Shown: piece by piece, positions 38,405 through 49,614 of the stretch
Numbering within the stretch: position 1 is the stretch's first letter
How the letters are laid out: every line of letters starts with the position of its first letter
NCBI GenBank assembly: GCA_965221165.1
Contig: CBDCRP010000002.1
Span: 800,001-864,000 of the forward strand
Direction of reading: 5' to 3'
Source of the DNA: a bacterium
GTDB lineage: Bacteria; UBA8248
DNA: 64,000 nt
Translations under genes and position numbers: made by a program
The notes under the pieces: model-generated
Database searches by the model: none
Told to the model about the DNA's origin: nothing
What the model saw: the letters and a program-made list of their open reading frames with translations, nothing else

Positions 38405-39468
38405 TCGGCCCCCACTTCCCATTCCTGAACGAACGCAACCAGTCTCTTGACGTTGTCGACCGGAGTGCCCGGCAGAATCCCGTGCCCGAGATTAAAGACG
38501 TGGCCCGGGCGTCCGGCTCCCTGGCGCAGGATGTCCTCCGCTCGCTCAAAAATCTGCTCAGGCGCTGCGAACAAAACGCACGGGTCGAGGTTTCCCTGAA
38601 TCGCCATATCGCCCAGACGCTCCCGGGCGCTGGAAAGTTCCACGCGAAAATCGACCCCCACTACGTCGCCGCCCGCTCCAGCGAACGCTTCCAGATAAGG
38701 CGCTGTTCCCGTACCGAAGTGGATGATGGGCGCGTCCTTCGCGATCCCCGCAATCAGCGCGCGGCTGTGCGGCAGGACGAACTCCCTGAAATCCCCGGGC
38801 GAGAGACAACCCACCCAGCTATCGAAAATCTGCACCACCTGCGCGCCTGCGCGAATCTGTTCGTTCAGATATACGATCAGCCCACGCACCAGCTTTTCCA
38901 TCAGCGCATGCCACGCACCCGAATCAGCATACATGAATTTTTTGGTGTTCTCGAAATTGCGCGAGCCGCCGCCCTCGATCATGTACGACGCCAGCGTGAA
39001 GGGCGCGCCGCAAAAGCCGATGAGCGGAAGGGCGGGATTCATCTCGGCCCTGGTTTTCCGGACCGCCTCGAACACGAAGGCGAGGCTCTCCCGAGGCTCC
39101 GCCTCTCTCAGGCGCTCCACGTCCGCCGCCGCGCGAACCGGGTTGTGGAGAACGGGGCCGTCGCCTTTTGCGTATTCCAGGTCCATGCCCATCGGTTGTA
39201 AGATGAGCAGAATGTCCGAGAACAGGATGGCTGCGTCCGCGCCGATTTCATCGAGCGCCGTGATGGCGACCTCGGCGGCCAGATCGGGCGTGCGGCACAG
39301 TTCGATAAAGGAAACCTTCTCACGAACGGCGCGGTACTCGCGCATGTATCTGCCCGCCTGACGCATGAGCCAGATGGGCGTCCTGGCGTTGGGCAGTCCC
39401 CGGCAGGCGCGCATGAAGGCGGAATCCGCATACGCGGGCGCGTTTCCCGGCGATGATTGCGCCGACAT
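38401..39468 (-). CDS. hemE: Uroporphyrinogen decarboxylase
   Basis: PIWLMRQAGRY, DAAILFSDIL, GFCGAPFTLASY, QIFDSW, FNLGHGI. Confidence 0.97.
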   Translation of the reverse strand: MSAQSSPGNAPAYADSAFMRACRGLPNARTPIWLMRQAGRYMREYRAVREKVSFIELCRTPDLAAEVAITALDEIGADAAILFSDILLILQPMGMDLEYAKGDGPVLHNPVRAAADVERLREAEPRESLAFVFEAVRKTRAEMNPALPLIGFCGAPFTLASYMIEGGGSRNFENTKKFMYADSGAWHALMEKLVRGLIVYLNEQIRAGAQVVQIFDSWVGCLSPGDFREFVLPHSRALIAGIAKDAPIIHFGTGTAPYLEAFAGAGGDVVGVDFRVELSSARERLGDMAIQGNLDPCVLFAAPEQIFERAEDILRQGAGRPGHVFNLGHGILPGTPVDNVKRLVAFVQEWEVGAE

Positions 39469-39664
39469 GGAACCCCTCCCGTAAAACGTATGAGAACCCG
39501 TCCTCCCGGGCGGGCCAGATGAGCCAGTCTAATCCAAAAAGCGCGCGCGCGCCTATCGGGCGAGCCGTATGAACATCAAGAGGAAGAGCGTCGCTCGCTG
39601 GACAACGCCGCTTCAGGTAGGATAATAAAGATTCTTGATTTCGGGCATCATGCCCCGACACCCC

Positions 39665-39739
39665 GGCGCCATAGCCAAGTGGTAAGGCAGAGGACTGCAA
39701 ATCCTTTATTCCCCGGTTCAAATCCGGGTGGCGCCTCCA
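39665..39739 (+). tRNA. tRNA-Cys (GCA)
   Basis: GGCGCCA acceptor / TGGCGCC-T-CCA, D-arm AGCCAAGTGGTAAGGC, anticodon arm GAGGA-CTGCAAA-TCCTT, T-arm CCCGG-TTCAAAT-CCGGG. Confidence 0.97.
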
Positions 39740-39764
39740 ACGTCCCTTGGAGGGAGACGATTCG

Positions 39765-40394
39765 ATGGAGCAAACGAAGACAGCGCCGAAGATACAAACC
39801 AAAGAAAAGCTTCGCGAGTTCTACGGCCCGCCCAACGAGCGCAGCGCCAAGAAACAGATGGCGAAGCTCGACGAGCACGCCAAGAATTTTATCGCGCTCT
39901 CTCCATTCATGGTCATCTCCTCCGCCACGGCGGACGGCGCGGACGCATCCCCCAAAGGGGACCCGCCCGGATTCGTCAAGGTAATCGACGACAATACCCT
40001 GCTCATCCCGGACAGGCCGGGCAACAACCGCGTCGACACCATGAGCAACATCGTGGAGAACAACCACGTCGGCCTCCTCTTCCTGGTGCCCGGCATGTGC
40101 GAGACGCTGCGCGTGAACGGGCGCGCGCGCATCACGACGGACCCTGAAGTTCTCGAACCGCTCTCGGTGAAGGGCAGGCTCCCCGTATCGGCGATGATCA
40201 TCGACGTGGACGATGTATATCTCCACTGCGGCAAGGCCCTCATCCGCGCAAATCTCTGGGATCCGGAAAAATACATCGAGAGAAAATCGTTCCCCTCGAT
40301 GGGGCAGATGCTCGCCGATCAGATAGACGACTACGACGACGGAGAGGAACTCGACAAGGGCATTCAGGCGAGATACAAGACGGGCCTGTATTAG
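39765..40394 (+). CDS. Pyridoxamine 5'-phosphate oxidase-like FMN-binding protein (MSMEG_1061-type)
   Basis: FIALSPF, DASPKGDPPGFV, IPDRPGNNRVD, LLFLVPG, YLHCGKA. Confidence 0.9.
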   Translation: MEQTKTAPKIQTKEKLREFYGPPNERSAKKQMAKLDEHAKNFIALSPFMVISSATADGADASPKGDPPGFVKVIDDNTLLIPDRPGNNRVDTMSNIVENNHVGLLFLVPGMCETLRVNGRARITTDPEVLEPLSVKGRLPVSAMIIDVDDVYLHCGKALIRANLWDPEKYIERKSFPSMGQMLADQIDDYDDGEELDKGIQARYKTGLY

Positions 40395-40457
40395 CGCAGG
40401 GCCGAAAACACGCTCACCGCTCAAAATCGCAGTCCCGCCCTCTCCGGTCGGAACCGC

Positions 40458-42374
40458 CTAATGCGTCTCCCTTAAATAAACGACCGCGAGCGGGGGCAGC
40501 GTCACCTCTATCGAATAGGGCTGGTCGTTCAAGGGCGCTGCAACGGCATGGCAGCCATCCGGATTCCCCACACCGCTGCCTCCGTAGATTTCCGCATCGC
40601 TGTTCAGCAACTCGACCCACTCGCCGGCGGCGGGAACGCCCATCCGGTAGTCCATCCTGGGCACGGGCGTCAGATTCGCCGCCACGAGCAGCATGGGTTC
40701 ATCCTCCGTGGCGACCCGCACGAACCCCAAAACGCTCTCCGCCGCCGCGTCCGCAGTCACCCACATGAAGCCGCTGGTGTCGTAATCCCGCCGGAACAGG
40801 GCGCGCTCCTGATGGTACAAGGCATTGAGATCGCGCACCCATTTCATCAGCCCCGCCCGCAAGGGCTCCTGGGTGAGGTCCCAATCGAGCGCGCCGTCAT
40901 GGTTCCATTCGCGCCATTGGCCGAATTCCCCGCCCATGAACAGGAGTTTCTTGCCCGGCTGGGCGAACATCAGCCCGTAGAGCGCGCGCAGATTCGAGAA
41001 TTTCCGACCGCTGTCTCCCGGCATCTTCCCGAGCAGGGAACTCTTGCCGTGCACCACCTCGTCGTGGGAGAGCGGCAGCACGAAATTCTCGTTATAGGCG
41101 TAGAGCATCCGGAACGTGAGCAGGTTGTGGTGAAATTTCCGGTGAACGGGGTCCTTTTTCATGTACTCGAGTGAATCGTGCATCCAGCCCATGTCCCATT
41201 TCATGCCGAAACCCAGGCCACCCGCATCGACGGGTCTGGATACCATGGGCCAGGCGGTGGATTCTTCCGCGATAGTCTGCACGTCGGGAAACCGGCGATA
41301 GACTTCCGTGTTCAGGCGCTTCAAGAAAGAGATGGCCTCAAGATTCTCCCGGCCCCCCTCTTCGTTGGGAAGCCACTCTCCCTCTTTTCTCGAATAATCG
41401 AGATAGAGCATCGAGGCCACGCCGTCCACGCGCAGCCCGTCAGCGTGGAAAGTCTCCAGCCAGTACAAGGCGTTGCTTATCAGGAAGGCGGCGACTTCGT
41501 TTCGCCCGTAATTGAAAATATAGCTTCGCCAATCGGGGTGAAAACCCCGCCGGGGATCGGCGTGCTCGTAGAGATGTGTTCCGTCGAAAAAGCCCAGCCC
41601 GTGCCCGTCCGTGGGAAAATGCGAGGGCACCCAGTCCAGAATCACGCCCAGGCTGCGCTGATGGAGATAATCGATCAGATACATAAAATCCTGCGGGGAG
41701 CCGTAGCGGCTCGTGGGGGAGAAGTAGCCCGTTACCTGATATCCCCAGGAACCGTTGAAGGGGTGTTCCATCACCGGAAGGAACTCGACGTGGGTGAACC
41801 CCATGTGAAGCATGTGTTCGGCGAGTTGGGGCGCCAGTTCTCTATATGTGAGGGGGCGATTCTCCTCGTGCGGCGCCCGCCGCCAGGAGCCGATATGAAG
41901 CTCATAGATGGAAATGGGCGCTTCGCGGCCGTTGCACGCGCCCCGGCATTCCATCCAGTTTTCATCCCCCCATTCGTAATCCAGATTCCAGACGACCGAG
42001 CCGCTCTTCGGAGGAACCTCGCTGTAGAACCCGAAAGGATCCGCCTTGTCCACCCGATAATCCCCGACACGTGAGTGAACCAGATACTTGTATACTTCAC
42101 CCGCTCCCATACCCGGGATGAACCCCGCCCAGATCCCCGAGCTCTCCACCGGAGCCAACGGGTGGCCTTCCTCATTCCAGTCGTTGAAATCTCCGATGAC
42201 GCTCACACGCTTCGCGTTCGGCGCCCATACGGCGAAATGAACGCCGGCCTCGCCGTCCACCGTCATGGGGTGCGCGCCCATTTTTTCGTACAAGGTGAAA
42301 TGGGACCCCTGGTTGAACAGATACACATCGTAATCCGTGATATAGGAAAACGCAGGGTAGTGGACCACATTCAT
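40458..42374 (-). CDS. glgB: 1,4-alpha-glucan branching enzyme
   Basis: [49 protein letters not shown]. Confidence 0.97.
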   Translation of the reverse strand: MNVVHYPAFSYITDYDVYLFNQGSHFTLYEKMGAHPMTVDGEAGVHFAVWAPNAKRVSVIGDFNDWNEEGHPLAPVESSGIWAGFIPGMGAGEVYKYLVHSRVGDYRVDKADPFGFYSEVPPKSGSVVWNLDYEWGDENWMECRGACNGREAPISIYELHIGSWRRAPHEENRPLTYRELAPQLAEHMLHMGFTHVEFLPVMEHPFNGSWGYQVTGYFSPTSRYGSPQDFMYLIDYLHQRSLGVILDWVPSHFPTDGHGLGFFDGTHLYEHADPRRGFHPDWRSYIFNYGRNEVAAFLISNALYWLETFHADGLRVDGVASMLYLDYSRKEGEWLPNEEGGRENLEAISFLKRLNTEVYRRFPDVQTIAEESTAWPMVSRPVDAGGLGFGMKWDMGWMHDSLEYMKKDPVHRKFHHNLLTFRMLYAYNENFVLPLSHDEVVHGKSSLLGKMPGDSGRKFSNLRALYGLMFAQPGKKLLFMGGEFGQWREWNHDGALDWDLTQEPLRAGLMKWVRDLNALYHQERALFRRDYDTSGFMWVTADAAAESVLGFVRVATEDEPMLLVAANLTPVPRMDYRMGVPAAGEWVELLNSDAEIYGGSGVGNPDGCHAVAAPLNDQPYSIEVTLPPLAVVYLRETH

Positions 42375-44509
42375 GAGGCTGTCTCCTCCTGCGCCGCAGG
42401 TGATTCTTCATGACGTCCCAGCAAGGCCAACGACTCTCCGGCGAGAAGATAGGAATCGCCCGAGTGAATCCGCCAAGTCCACCCTTTTTCATCGACTTGG
42501 GATGTATCCAACACCACCGTCCATCTCTTCTTTCTGTCTTCCTCGAGGAAAACGAAGGGTATCGCTTCATGATGCGCGTTCATGAGCACCAGGAAAGTAT
42601 CACGATTCCTGCCCCCATGCCGAGAAAAAAGATCGCCTCTTGCCGCCTCCCTCAGCCTGAAGCCGAAACACTTCATGTAATGCACATCCCACTCGTGCGC
42701 CCTTAGTTCATGCCCCGAATGGTGAAGCCAGATGACCTCGGCTTTTTCCGGCCCGACCGGGCTTTGTTGCGGGAAAAACTCCGTGCGCCGGAAGGCCGGC
42801 CGGGCCCTGGTCCAGCGGATGAGGTTTTTGACGAAAGAAAGCAGACTCTCGTTCTTTTCCGCCAGTTCCCAGTCCACCCAGGAAGTCTCGTTGTCCTGGC
42901 AATAAGCGTTGTTGTTCCCCGACTGCGTGCGGCCGAACTCGTCTCCCGCCTGGAGCATCGGCACTCCCTGGGCGAAAAACAGGCTCGCGAGCAGATTCTT
43001 CTTGCGCCGCGCGCGCATGGTCGATACGAAGGAGTCGTCCGTCGGACCCTCCACCCCGCCGTTCCAGCTATGGTTTTCATCCGCGCCGTCCTTGTCGCCC
43101 TCCCCGTTCGCATCATTTTGCTTATGCTGAAAACTCACCAGATCCTCGAGCGTGAACCCGTCATGACAGGCGATGAAATTAAGGCCGGCCTGGGGCGCGC
43201 GTCCCCCGGTCTCGAAAATATCGCTGCTTCCCGTCAGGCGGGTGGCGAACTCCGCCGCCTGGCTGAAATCCGCGCGCCAGAACCGGCGCGCCGCATCCCG
43301 GAACTTACCGTTCCACTCCGTCCAGCCTTCAGGGAAATTCCCCAGTTGATAGCCCCTCCCGCCCAAATCCCAGGGTTCGGCGATGAGCTTGCGCTTCGAG
43401 AGAACCGGGTCGTCCGCGATGACCCTGAAAAACGTTGATTTAGAGTCGAAGCCCCTCTCGGTTCGCGCGAGGGAGGGAGCGAGGTCGAACCGGAAACCAT
43501 CCACGTGAAATTCCTCCGCCCAGTAGCGCAGGCTGTCCACGATGAGGCGCAGGACCATCGGGTGTGAGGCGTTCAGTGAATTTCCGCAGCCGGTCGTGTC
43601 GACGTAGCGGGTCTCATCCTTAGGCTCCACGCGGTAATAGACCCGGTTGTCGAGGCCGCGAAACGAGATGTGCGGCCCCCTGAAATCTCCCTCCCCTGTG
43701 TGATTGTAGACCACGTCCAGAATCACCTCGATGCCCGCCCGGTGATACGCCTTCACCATTTCCTTGAACTCATCGACCTGCCCGCCCCTGTCGCCTCGGC
43801 TGGAAAAGCGCGCATCGGGGGCGAAAAAGCCGATCGTCGCGTACCCCCAATAGTTGGAAAGACCCAGTTCGTGGAGACGATGCTCCGAGACCCGGTGATG
43901 AACGGGCAAAAGCTCGATAGCCGTCACGCCCAAATCTTTCAGGTATTCGACCACGGCCGGGTGGCGCAAACCCGAATACGTGCCCCTGAGCTCTTCGGGC
44001 ACGTCGGGATGCCTCATGGTGAAGCCTTTGACGTGCAGCTCATAGATGAGGGTTTCCGCCCAGGGTGTTCGGGGCCGGGCGACGCCCTCCCAATCGAAAG
44101 AAGAATCCACGAGCACGCTCCTGGGGGTCGCATGGGCGTTGTCTCTCGTATCGATGAGGTGGATATCCCCACCCCTGTAGCCATACATCTCCCCGCACCA
44201 GTGGAGATGGCCCGCAATCGCCCGCGCATACGGGTCCAGCAGCACCTTGTGGGGGTTGAAGCGATGCCCCTGCGCGGGCGCATAGGGGCCGTGGGCGCGG
44301 AATCCATAGGGCCGGCCCGCTTCGAGGTCTCCCATCTCCACGCGCCACACGTCGCCTTCCCGAGCAAGAGGAACCCGGGCCGTCTCCTTGCGGTGGTCAT
44401 CCGCTTCGAACAGGCAAAGTTCGACCGCCTCCGCGTTCTCCGAAAAAAGAGAAAACCGCACGCCCCCGTCAATCCACTCGGCGCCCAGGCGCCCTTCCGG
44501 TCGGATCAT
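42371..44509 (-). CDS. glgX: Glycogen debranching enzyme
   Basis: [59 protein letters not shown]. Confidence 0.96.
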   Translation of the reverse strand: MIRPEGRLGAEWIDGGVRFSLFSENAEAVELCLFEADDHRKETARVPLAREGDVWRVEMGDLEAGRPYGFRAHGPYAPAQGHRFNPHKVLLDPYARAIAGHLHWCGEMYGYRGGDIHLIDTRDNAHATPRSVLVDSSFDWEGVARPRTPWAETLIYELHVKGFTMRHPDVPEELRGTYSGLRHPAVVEYLKDLGVTAIELLPVHHRVSEHRLHELGLSNYWGYATIGFFAPDARFSSRGDRGGQVDEFKEMVKAYHRAGIEVILDVVYNHTGEGDFRGPHISFRGLDNRVYYRVEPKDETRYVDTTGCGNSLNASHPMVLRLIVDSLRYWAEEFHVDGFRFDLAPSLARTERGFDSKSTFFRVIADDPVLSKRKLIAEPWDLGGRGYQLGNFPEGWTEWNGKFRDAARRFWRADFSQAAEFATRLTGSSDIFETGGRAPQAGLNFIACHDGFTLEDLVSFQHKQNDANGEGDKDGADENHSWNGGVEGPTDDSFVSTMRARRKKNLLASLFFAQGVPMLQAGDEFGRTQSGNNNAYCQDNETSWVDWELAEKNESLLSFVKNLIRWTRARPAFRRTEFFPQQSPVGPEKAEVIWLHHSGHELRAHEWDVHYMKCFGFRLREAARGDLFSRHGGRNRDTFLVLMNAHHEAIPFVFLEEDRKKRWTVVLDTSQVDEKGWTWRIHSGDSYLLAGESLALLGRHEESPAAQEETAS

Positions 44510-44906
44510 CTTTCTCCCGCTTCCATCAGCGAAAACACTTCGAGAGTCTCCTCTCCCCTGACGTGGTGAAAAAGAGGCTTTTCGCTAAAACACAACTTTT
44601 TTAATCGCCCGCGACAAATAAAAACCGCGAGCCAACGGAACTCATCCGCCCCGCCTCGCCGAACACACCCCGCAATGACCCATCATACGCGAACTTTGTT
44701 GTGGTTTTGTTACACAGATTCGACTCGTGCGCGAACCTCCGCTTTTTCTCTTTCTCGCGCGACGCCCGCAAAATAGAGTCTGGGCGCTCACCCGTCAATT
44801 TCAACGCCTTTCTCGTAACCGGTCCGGTTTCACCTTTTTCCCGGATAGGCTATAGAATCCTCCCGTCCATCAGAAGTTTGTCATCCACCCGAAACGGGAG
44901 AGAATC

Positions 44907-46076
44907 TTGAAGATCATCGACATCCGCGAGACGGTGGTTCCCATTCAATCGGATCTCAGAAACGCGTTCATCGACTTTTCCCTGATGACGGTGAGCGTCG
45001 CCGCGCTCGTCACGGACGTGGTGCGCGATGGGGGGCGCGTCGTCGGCTTCGGCTTCAACTCGAACGGCCGCTACGCCCAGCAGGGGCTTTTGCGCGAGCG
45101 CTTCATCCCCAGGCTCAAGGAAGCGGACCAAGAATCGTTGCTGAACGAGGAGGGGTCGAACTTCGAGCCCGAAAAAATCTGGGACTGCATGATGAAAAAC
45201 GAAAAGCCCGGCGGGCACGGCGATCGCTCCGTCGCCGTGGGCATCATCGACATGGCCGTATGGGACATGGTGGCCAAAATCGAGGGGAAACCGCTCTACC
45301 GCCATCTCGCGGATGCTTATCGCGGCGGCCGCTGCGACGAGAAGGTATCCGTCTACGCCGCCGGGGGCTATTACTACCCGGGCAAGGACATGAAATCCCT
45401 CCAGAACGAGATGCGAAGCTATCTCGATCGCGGCTACACCACCGTCAAGATGAAGATAGGCGGCGAATCGCTCGATGACGACATCAGGAGAATCGAGGCG
45501 GTGCTCGAGGTCGTGGGCGATGGCCGGAACCTGGCGGTGGACGCCAACGGAAAATTCGACTTAGAAACCGCCATTGCCTACGCGGAGGCGCTCACGCCCT
45601 ACGGCCTCCACTGGTACGAGGAGGCGGGCGACCCGCTCGATTACGCCCTTCAGGCCGAACTCGCCCGGCACTACGACAAGCCCATGGCGACGGGGGAGAA
45701 CCTCTTCTCCACCCAGGACGCGAGAAACCTGATTCGCTACGGGGGGATGCGGCCGGGCGTGGATATCCTGCAGTTTGACTGCGCGCTCAGCTACGGCCTG
45801 GTGGAATACCTGAGAACGCTGGATATGGCGGAAGAACACGGCTGGTCGTCCCGTTCGTTCATCCCCCACGGCGGACACCAGCTTTCGCTCAACATCGCGG
45901 GGGGCTTAAGTCTCGGAGGCAGCGAATCCTACCCCGACGTGTTCAAGCCCTTCAACGGCTTCGCCGACGGCGTGGCGGTGGAAGACGGCTGCGTCGGCTT
46001 TCCCGACCTGCCCGGCCTCGGCATCGAGGACAAGGCCGCTCTCAAGGACGTGCTGAAGGAGTTGTCCGAAACCTAG
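44907..46076 (+). CDS. Mandelate racemase/enolase superfamily protein, D-tartrate dehydratase (TarD)-like
   Basis: NAFIDFS.MT, GFNSNGRY, NEKPGGHG, YAAGGYY, KMKIGG, DANG, WYEE, ATGEN, PHGGH; TTG start. Confidence 0.88.
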   Translation: MKIIDIRETVVPIQSDLRNAFIDFSLMTVSVAALVTDVVRDGGRVVGFGFNSNGRYAQQGLLRERFIPRLKEADQESLLNEEGSNFEPEKIWDCMMKNEKPGGHGDRSVAVGIIDMAVWDMVAKIEGKPLYRHLADAYRGGRCDEKVSVYAAGGYYYPGKDMKSLQNEMRSYLDRGYTTVKMKIGGESLDDDIRRIEAVLEVVGDGRNLAVDANGKFDLETAIAYAEALTPYGLHWYEEAGDPLDYALQAELARHYDKPMATGENLFSTQDARNLIRYGGMRPGVDILQFDCALSYGLVEYLRTLDMAEEHGWSSRSFIPHGGHQLSLNIAGGLSLGGSESYPDVFKPFNGFADGVAVEDGCVGFPDLPGLGIEDKAALKDVLKELSET

Positions 46077-47077
46077 ACGAACTCGGGCATCACCTCTTTG
46101 GCGAAGCGCTCGAGCGTCCTCAGGACGAGTTCCTGCGGCATCCCCGGCCACTGGACCCGGAACGCCATGTGGTCCACGCCCAACTCGTCGCGGTGGCGTC
46201 TGATGTCCTCGGCCACGTCCTCCGCCGAGCCGATGAGGAACCTGTCGGAGCGCAACTCGTCGAGCGGCATCCTGAGCGTATCGCTCTCGGGCAGCGCCTC
46301 GCTCTGGCCCCACTTCACGTAGACGTTGTATTTCACCGCCAGATAATCCGCGCATTCGCGAAAGGCGCTCTCCCTGTCATCGCCGATGAACATCTCCTTG
46401 ATGACGGGCGTCGCATCGGGCGCGCCCTTGCCCGCGGCTTCGCGTTCTGCGTGAAACATCTCCATCTGACGCTTGAGCGTGTCGAAGCGCGCATGGGGAT
46501 TCAGGAACCAGGCTTCGCTCATTCTGGCGGCTCGCTTCACTGCGCCGTCTCCGTTCGCCGCTATCCAGATGGGCGGCCTGGGCTTCTGGATGGGCCGCAT
46601 GGTGAGCGTGACGTCCTCTAACTGGACGACTTCGCCCGCATAGTTGAGCGTCTCCCCTTCGAGCAGGCGCGTGAGGGCTTCCAGTTTTTCCTCGAACGCT
46701 TTTACGCGGTAGGGTTTTGCGAGTCCGAACGCGCGGTATTCGGGCTCGCGGTAACCGAGCCCCACGCCGAGCACGAAGCGGCCCTTCGTCATGGCGTCTA
46801 GCGTGGCGACCTGCTCGGCCACGTCCACCGGATTGTGAAGCGCCAAAAGCAGAATGCCCGTGCCGACGGTCATATCGCCCGCGTGGGCCGCCACCTGGGC
46901 GACGCTCGGCCAGGTCTGCATCATCCACACGCCCTCGGTGAGGTAGTGCTGGCCGCACCACACGCTGTGAAAGCCCAAATCCCGGATGAGGCGCACCTGT
47001 TCGAGATGCTCCTCCCAGCGTTCTGCGGGGTCATCCTCCAAAGAGTGCTGGTTCATGACGAACATGCCGAATTTCAT
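46073..47077 (-). CDS. LLM-class (luciferase-like) oxidoreductase
   Basis: GFHSVWCGQH, NPVDVAEQVATLD, GRFVLGVGLGYR, PIQKPRPPIWI, RFAKEVMP. Confidence 0.9.
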   Translation of the reverse strand: MKFGMFVMNQHSLEDDPAERWEEHLEQVRLIRDLGFHSVWCGQHYLTEGVWMMQTWPSVAQVAAHAGDMTVGTGILLLALHNPVDVAEQVATLDAMTKGRFVLGVGLGYREPEYRAFGLAKPYRVKAFEEKLEALTRLLEGETLNYAGEVVQLEDVTLTMRPIQKPRPPIWIAANGDGAVKRAARMSEAWFLNPHARFDTLKRQMEMFHAEREAAGKGAPDATPVIKEMFIGDDRESAFRECADYLAVKYNVYVKWGQSEALPESDTLRMPLDELRSDRFLIGSAEDVAEDIRRHRDELGVDHMAFRVQWPGMPQELVLRTLERFAKEVMPEFV

Positions 47078-47096
47078 ATCACCCTCTCGTTTTGTC

Positions 47097-48005
47097 TTAG
47101 GAATCCTTCGTTCCGAAATCATCGGCCAGGGCGATCACTTTTTCCGCCGCCTCGACCACGGGATAGTCGATCATGCGTCCCCCCACGGAGACGCTCGCCT
47201 CCCCGCGCGCCGTCGCCTCCTCGAAGGCGACCACAACCTCGCGCGCCTTTTCGACCTCTTCTTTCGTCGGCGTGAACGCGTGGTTCACGATTTCCACCTG
47301 CCGGGGGTGGATACAGAACTTGCCGAACATGCCGAGCGCGCGGCACCGCTCCGCGCTTACCGCGAGACCTTCCTGATCGTCTAAGGCAATCCACACCGTG
47401 TCGAGGGGTTTCTCGAGGCCTGCGGCGCGCGAAGCCACCGCGATGCGCGAGCGCGGATAGTCGAAGGTGAACTCATCGCGCGGCCAATCGATGTCCAGAT
47501 CGTTGGTATAATCCCCCGCCCCGAAAGCGAGCCCGAAACGCCGCTCCCCCGTATCTGCGGAGGCGATGGCAAAAGCATCCTCCACGCCCCTGGCGTTCTC
47601 GAGGATGGCGAGCAAATGCACGCTCCCCGCCGCACAGCCCGCCTTTCTTTCCGCATCGCGAAGAAGGCGGTCGGCCACGAGTATCTGGCCTGCGTTCTCC
47701 GCCTTGGGCAGCACGATGCCCCGAAGCGCGGGCCCCACCACGGCCCCGATGTCCTCCGCTCCGCAGGCGATGGAAAAGCCCGTCACGTCATCCAGCGGAT
47801 TCACGCGCACGAAAACGTCCGCCCCGTCTTCTTCGGCTATCGTTTTCACAGCCGCCCCGAGCGCATCGCGCGTGGCCGTCTTCTCATCCGCAGGCACCGC
47901 GTCTTCCAGATCCAAAACGACGGTGTCGGCCCCGGCCTTGCCCACCTTGGCGAGCATCCTCTCCCTGTTTCCGGGGGCGAAGAGAATCGTCCGGTAGAGC
48001 TTCAT
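47097..48005 (-). CDS. CitE/malyl-CoA lyase family CoA-ester lyase
   Basis: LFAPGN, DLEDAVP, VRVN, LPKAE, FGAGD, GKFCIHPRQV, GRMIDYP. Confidence 0.92.
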   Translation of the reverse strand: MKLYRTILFAPGNRERMLAKVGKAGADTVVLDLEDAVPADEKTATRDALGAAVKTIAEEDGADVFVRVNPLDDVTGFSIACGAEDIGAVVGPALRGIVLPKAENAGQILVADRLLRDAERKAGCAAGSVHLLAILENARGVEDAFAIASADTGERRFGLAFGAGDYTNDLDIDWPRDEFTFDYPRSRIAVASRAAGLEKPLDTVWIALDDQEGLAVSAERCRALGMFGKFCIHPRQVEIVNHAFTPTKEEVEKAREVVVAFEEATARGEASVSVGGRMIDYPVVEAAEKVIALADDFGTKDS

Positions 48006-48455
48006 GAAAAATCTCCTCTTTCTTTCATCGTTTAAGATAATGTGTTTTTACCCCCGATGGCGGCGCTTGCCAAGCCGTAGAGCCCTGCGATGGATTATCA
48101 GGTGTACGCGAAAACCGAAGCCGAGTCGGTCGGAGAGGCGGTTGCGCCACTGTCCAAGAACGTCGTGGCGCTCTTCCAAACCCGGCACGTTATGACAGTG
48201 CGTACTGCGCTCCCCGCGCCAATGCGGTCTCGCGTACGCCACGGCCTAACCATCCTCCGCCTCACGATTGTATCCACCCGGTGGATGCCGTAGAGTGGGT
48301 TTACCGCTGTATGTGTGGCTAGGGTTTCGCTACGGGTCTGGACCGAGCGCCACGTAAAGCCGCAAAAAACGGCAGACACCTTAAGGGATAAAAGACCAGG
48401 GGGGATACACGGGTGTGGGTTTGTACGCCCGTCATGCAAATCTTGAGGTGTCCCC

Positions 48456-49313
48456 ATGACGTTTTTCGCCCTGGCGTTGGTGCTCACCGCTGCTCTTAGC
48501 CACGCCATCTGGAACTTGCTGGTCAAACGCATCAACGGCGGGCCGGAGTTGGTCTGGCTGTTTTCCTCTCTCTCGGTCTTGATATATTTGCCGGTCGCGG
48601 TGGGCGTTTATCTGATAGAGCGCCCCCTCCTGGATTGGCGCGAGGTCGGGTTCTGTATCGGCAGCGCCTTGCTGCATTTGGCCTATTTCCTGCTTCTCCA
48701 GCAGGGCTACCGCAAGGGCGAGTTATCCCTGGTCTATCCGGTTGCGCGGGCGACCGGACCGTTCCTCTCGACCCTGTTTGCCGTCTTTATCCTGGGCGAG
48801 AATCTGAGCCTCCCGATTGTCGGCGGCGGCTTGGCTATCATCGCCGGAGTAGTGTTCCTCACCGGCGGCTTCGGCCGGGCCGCCACGCGGCGCAGAAGTT
48901 CGCTGATGTTCGGGGTCGCAGTCGGCGTACTGATCGGGAGCTACACGGTCTGGGACGCCTTTACGGTCAGCGCTCTCGCCGTACCGCCAATCCTGCTTAA
49001 CTACGCATCGTGCCTTGCGCGAGTTGCATTTCTGGCGCCCTACGCGGTGGGGCGCAAGGAGGTGATGGCGAAGCACTGGCGGGAACACAAAGTCGCCGTG
49101 ATCGGCATTGCCGTGTTCAGCCCACTCGCCTATATCCTGGTGCTGACGGCCCTCGTCTTCACGCCCATCGTATACGTTGCGCCGGCGCGCGAGGTCAGCG
49201 TTCTTATCACCGTGGCGATGGGGTCGATCCTGCTGGGCGAGGGCGAGTTGCGCCAACGCATGGGGTGGGCCTGCCTGATTCTCCTGGGCATGGTGATGCT
49301 GGTGCTGAACTAG
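48456..49313 (+). CDS. EamA/DMT family transporter
   Basis: About ten hydrophobic segments; HAIWN, GELSLVYPVARATGP, APAREVSVL. Confidence 0.9.
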   Translation: MTFFALALVLTAALSHAIWNLLVKRINGGPELVWLFSSLSVLIYLPVAVGVYLIERPLLDWREVGFCIGSALLHLAYFLLLQQGYRKGELSLVYPVARATGPFLSTLFAVFILGENLSLPIVGGGLAIIAGVVFLTGGFGRAATRRRSSLMFGVAVGVLIGSYTVWDAFTVSALAVPPILLNYASCLARVAFLAPYAVGRKEVMAKHWREHKVAVIGIAVFSPLAYILVLTALVFTPIVYVAPAREVSVLITVAMGSILLGEGELRQRMGWACLILLGMVMLVLN

Positions 49314-49614
49314 CGCCACGGCGGGTTTATTCCAGAAGCCCGCCGCCGCCGGCATGAAAGACGCGGCTGTACCATATCTCCCCTGCCTCCGGTGCTACCG
49401 CTCGGGCTGAATTCCGGGATGCGCAACGGTTTGCGCCCCCCGGGCGCTGGAGCGGCTCGGAAACACGATGCGGACGCCCATTGGCCGTTGGTTCTCATCA
49501 CTGAAGCACCAGTGGTCTCATCACACATTGGGATGAACGCTCTCCTTCGTTTCGATCCGCCCGCCACCTGGAATATAATCTCCCCAAACATGACCCCACT
49601 TTCGGAGCCACCCC

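Noticed and set aside
39665-39739. tRNA-Cys as an integration site
   Set aside because: I saw no integrase and no duplicated tRNA 3' end in the window, and a host-like gene starts 25 nt downstream.
48090-48293. Short ORF faintly like a class II aldolase C-terminal fragment
   Set aside because: Similarity is too weak to support without a profile search.
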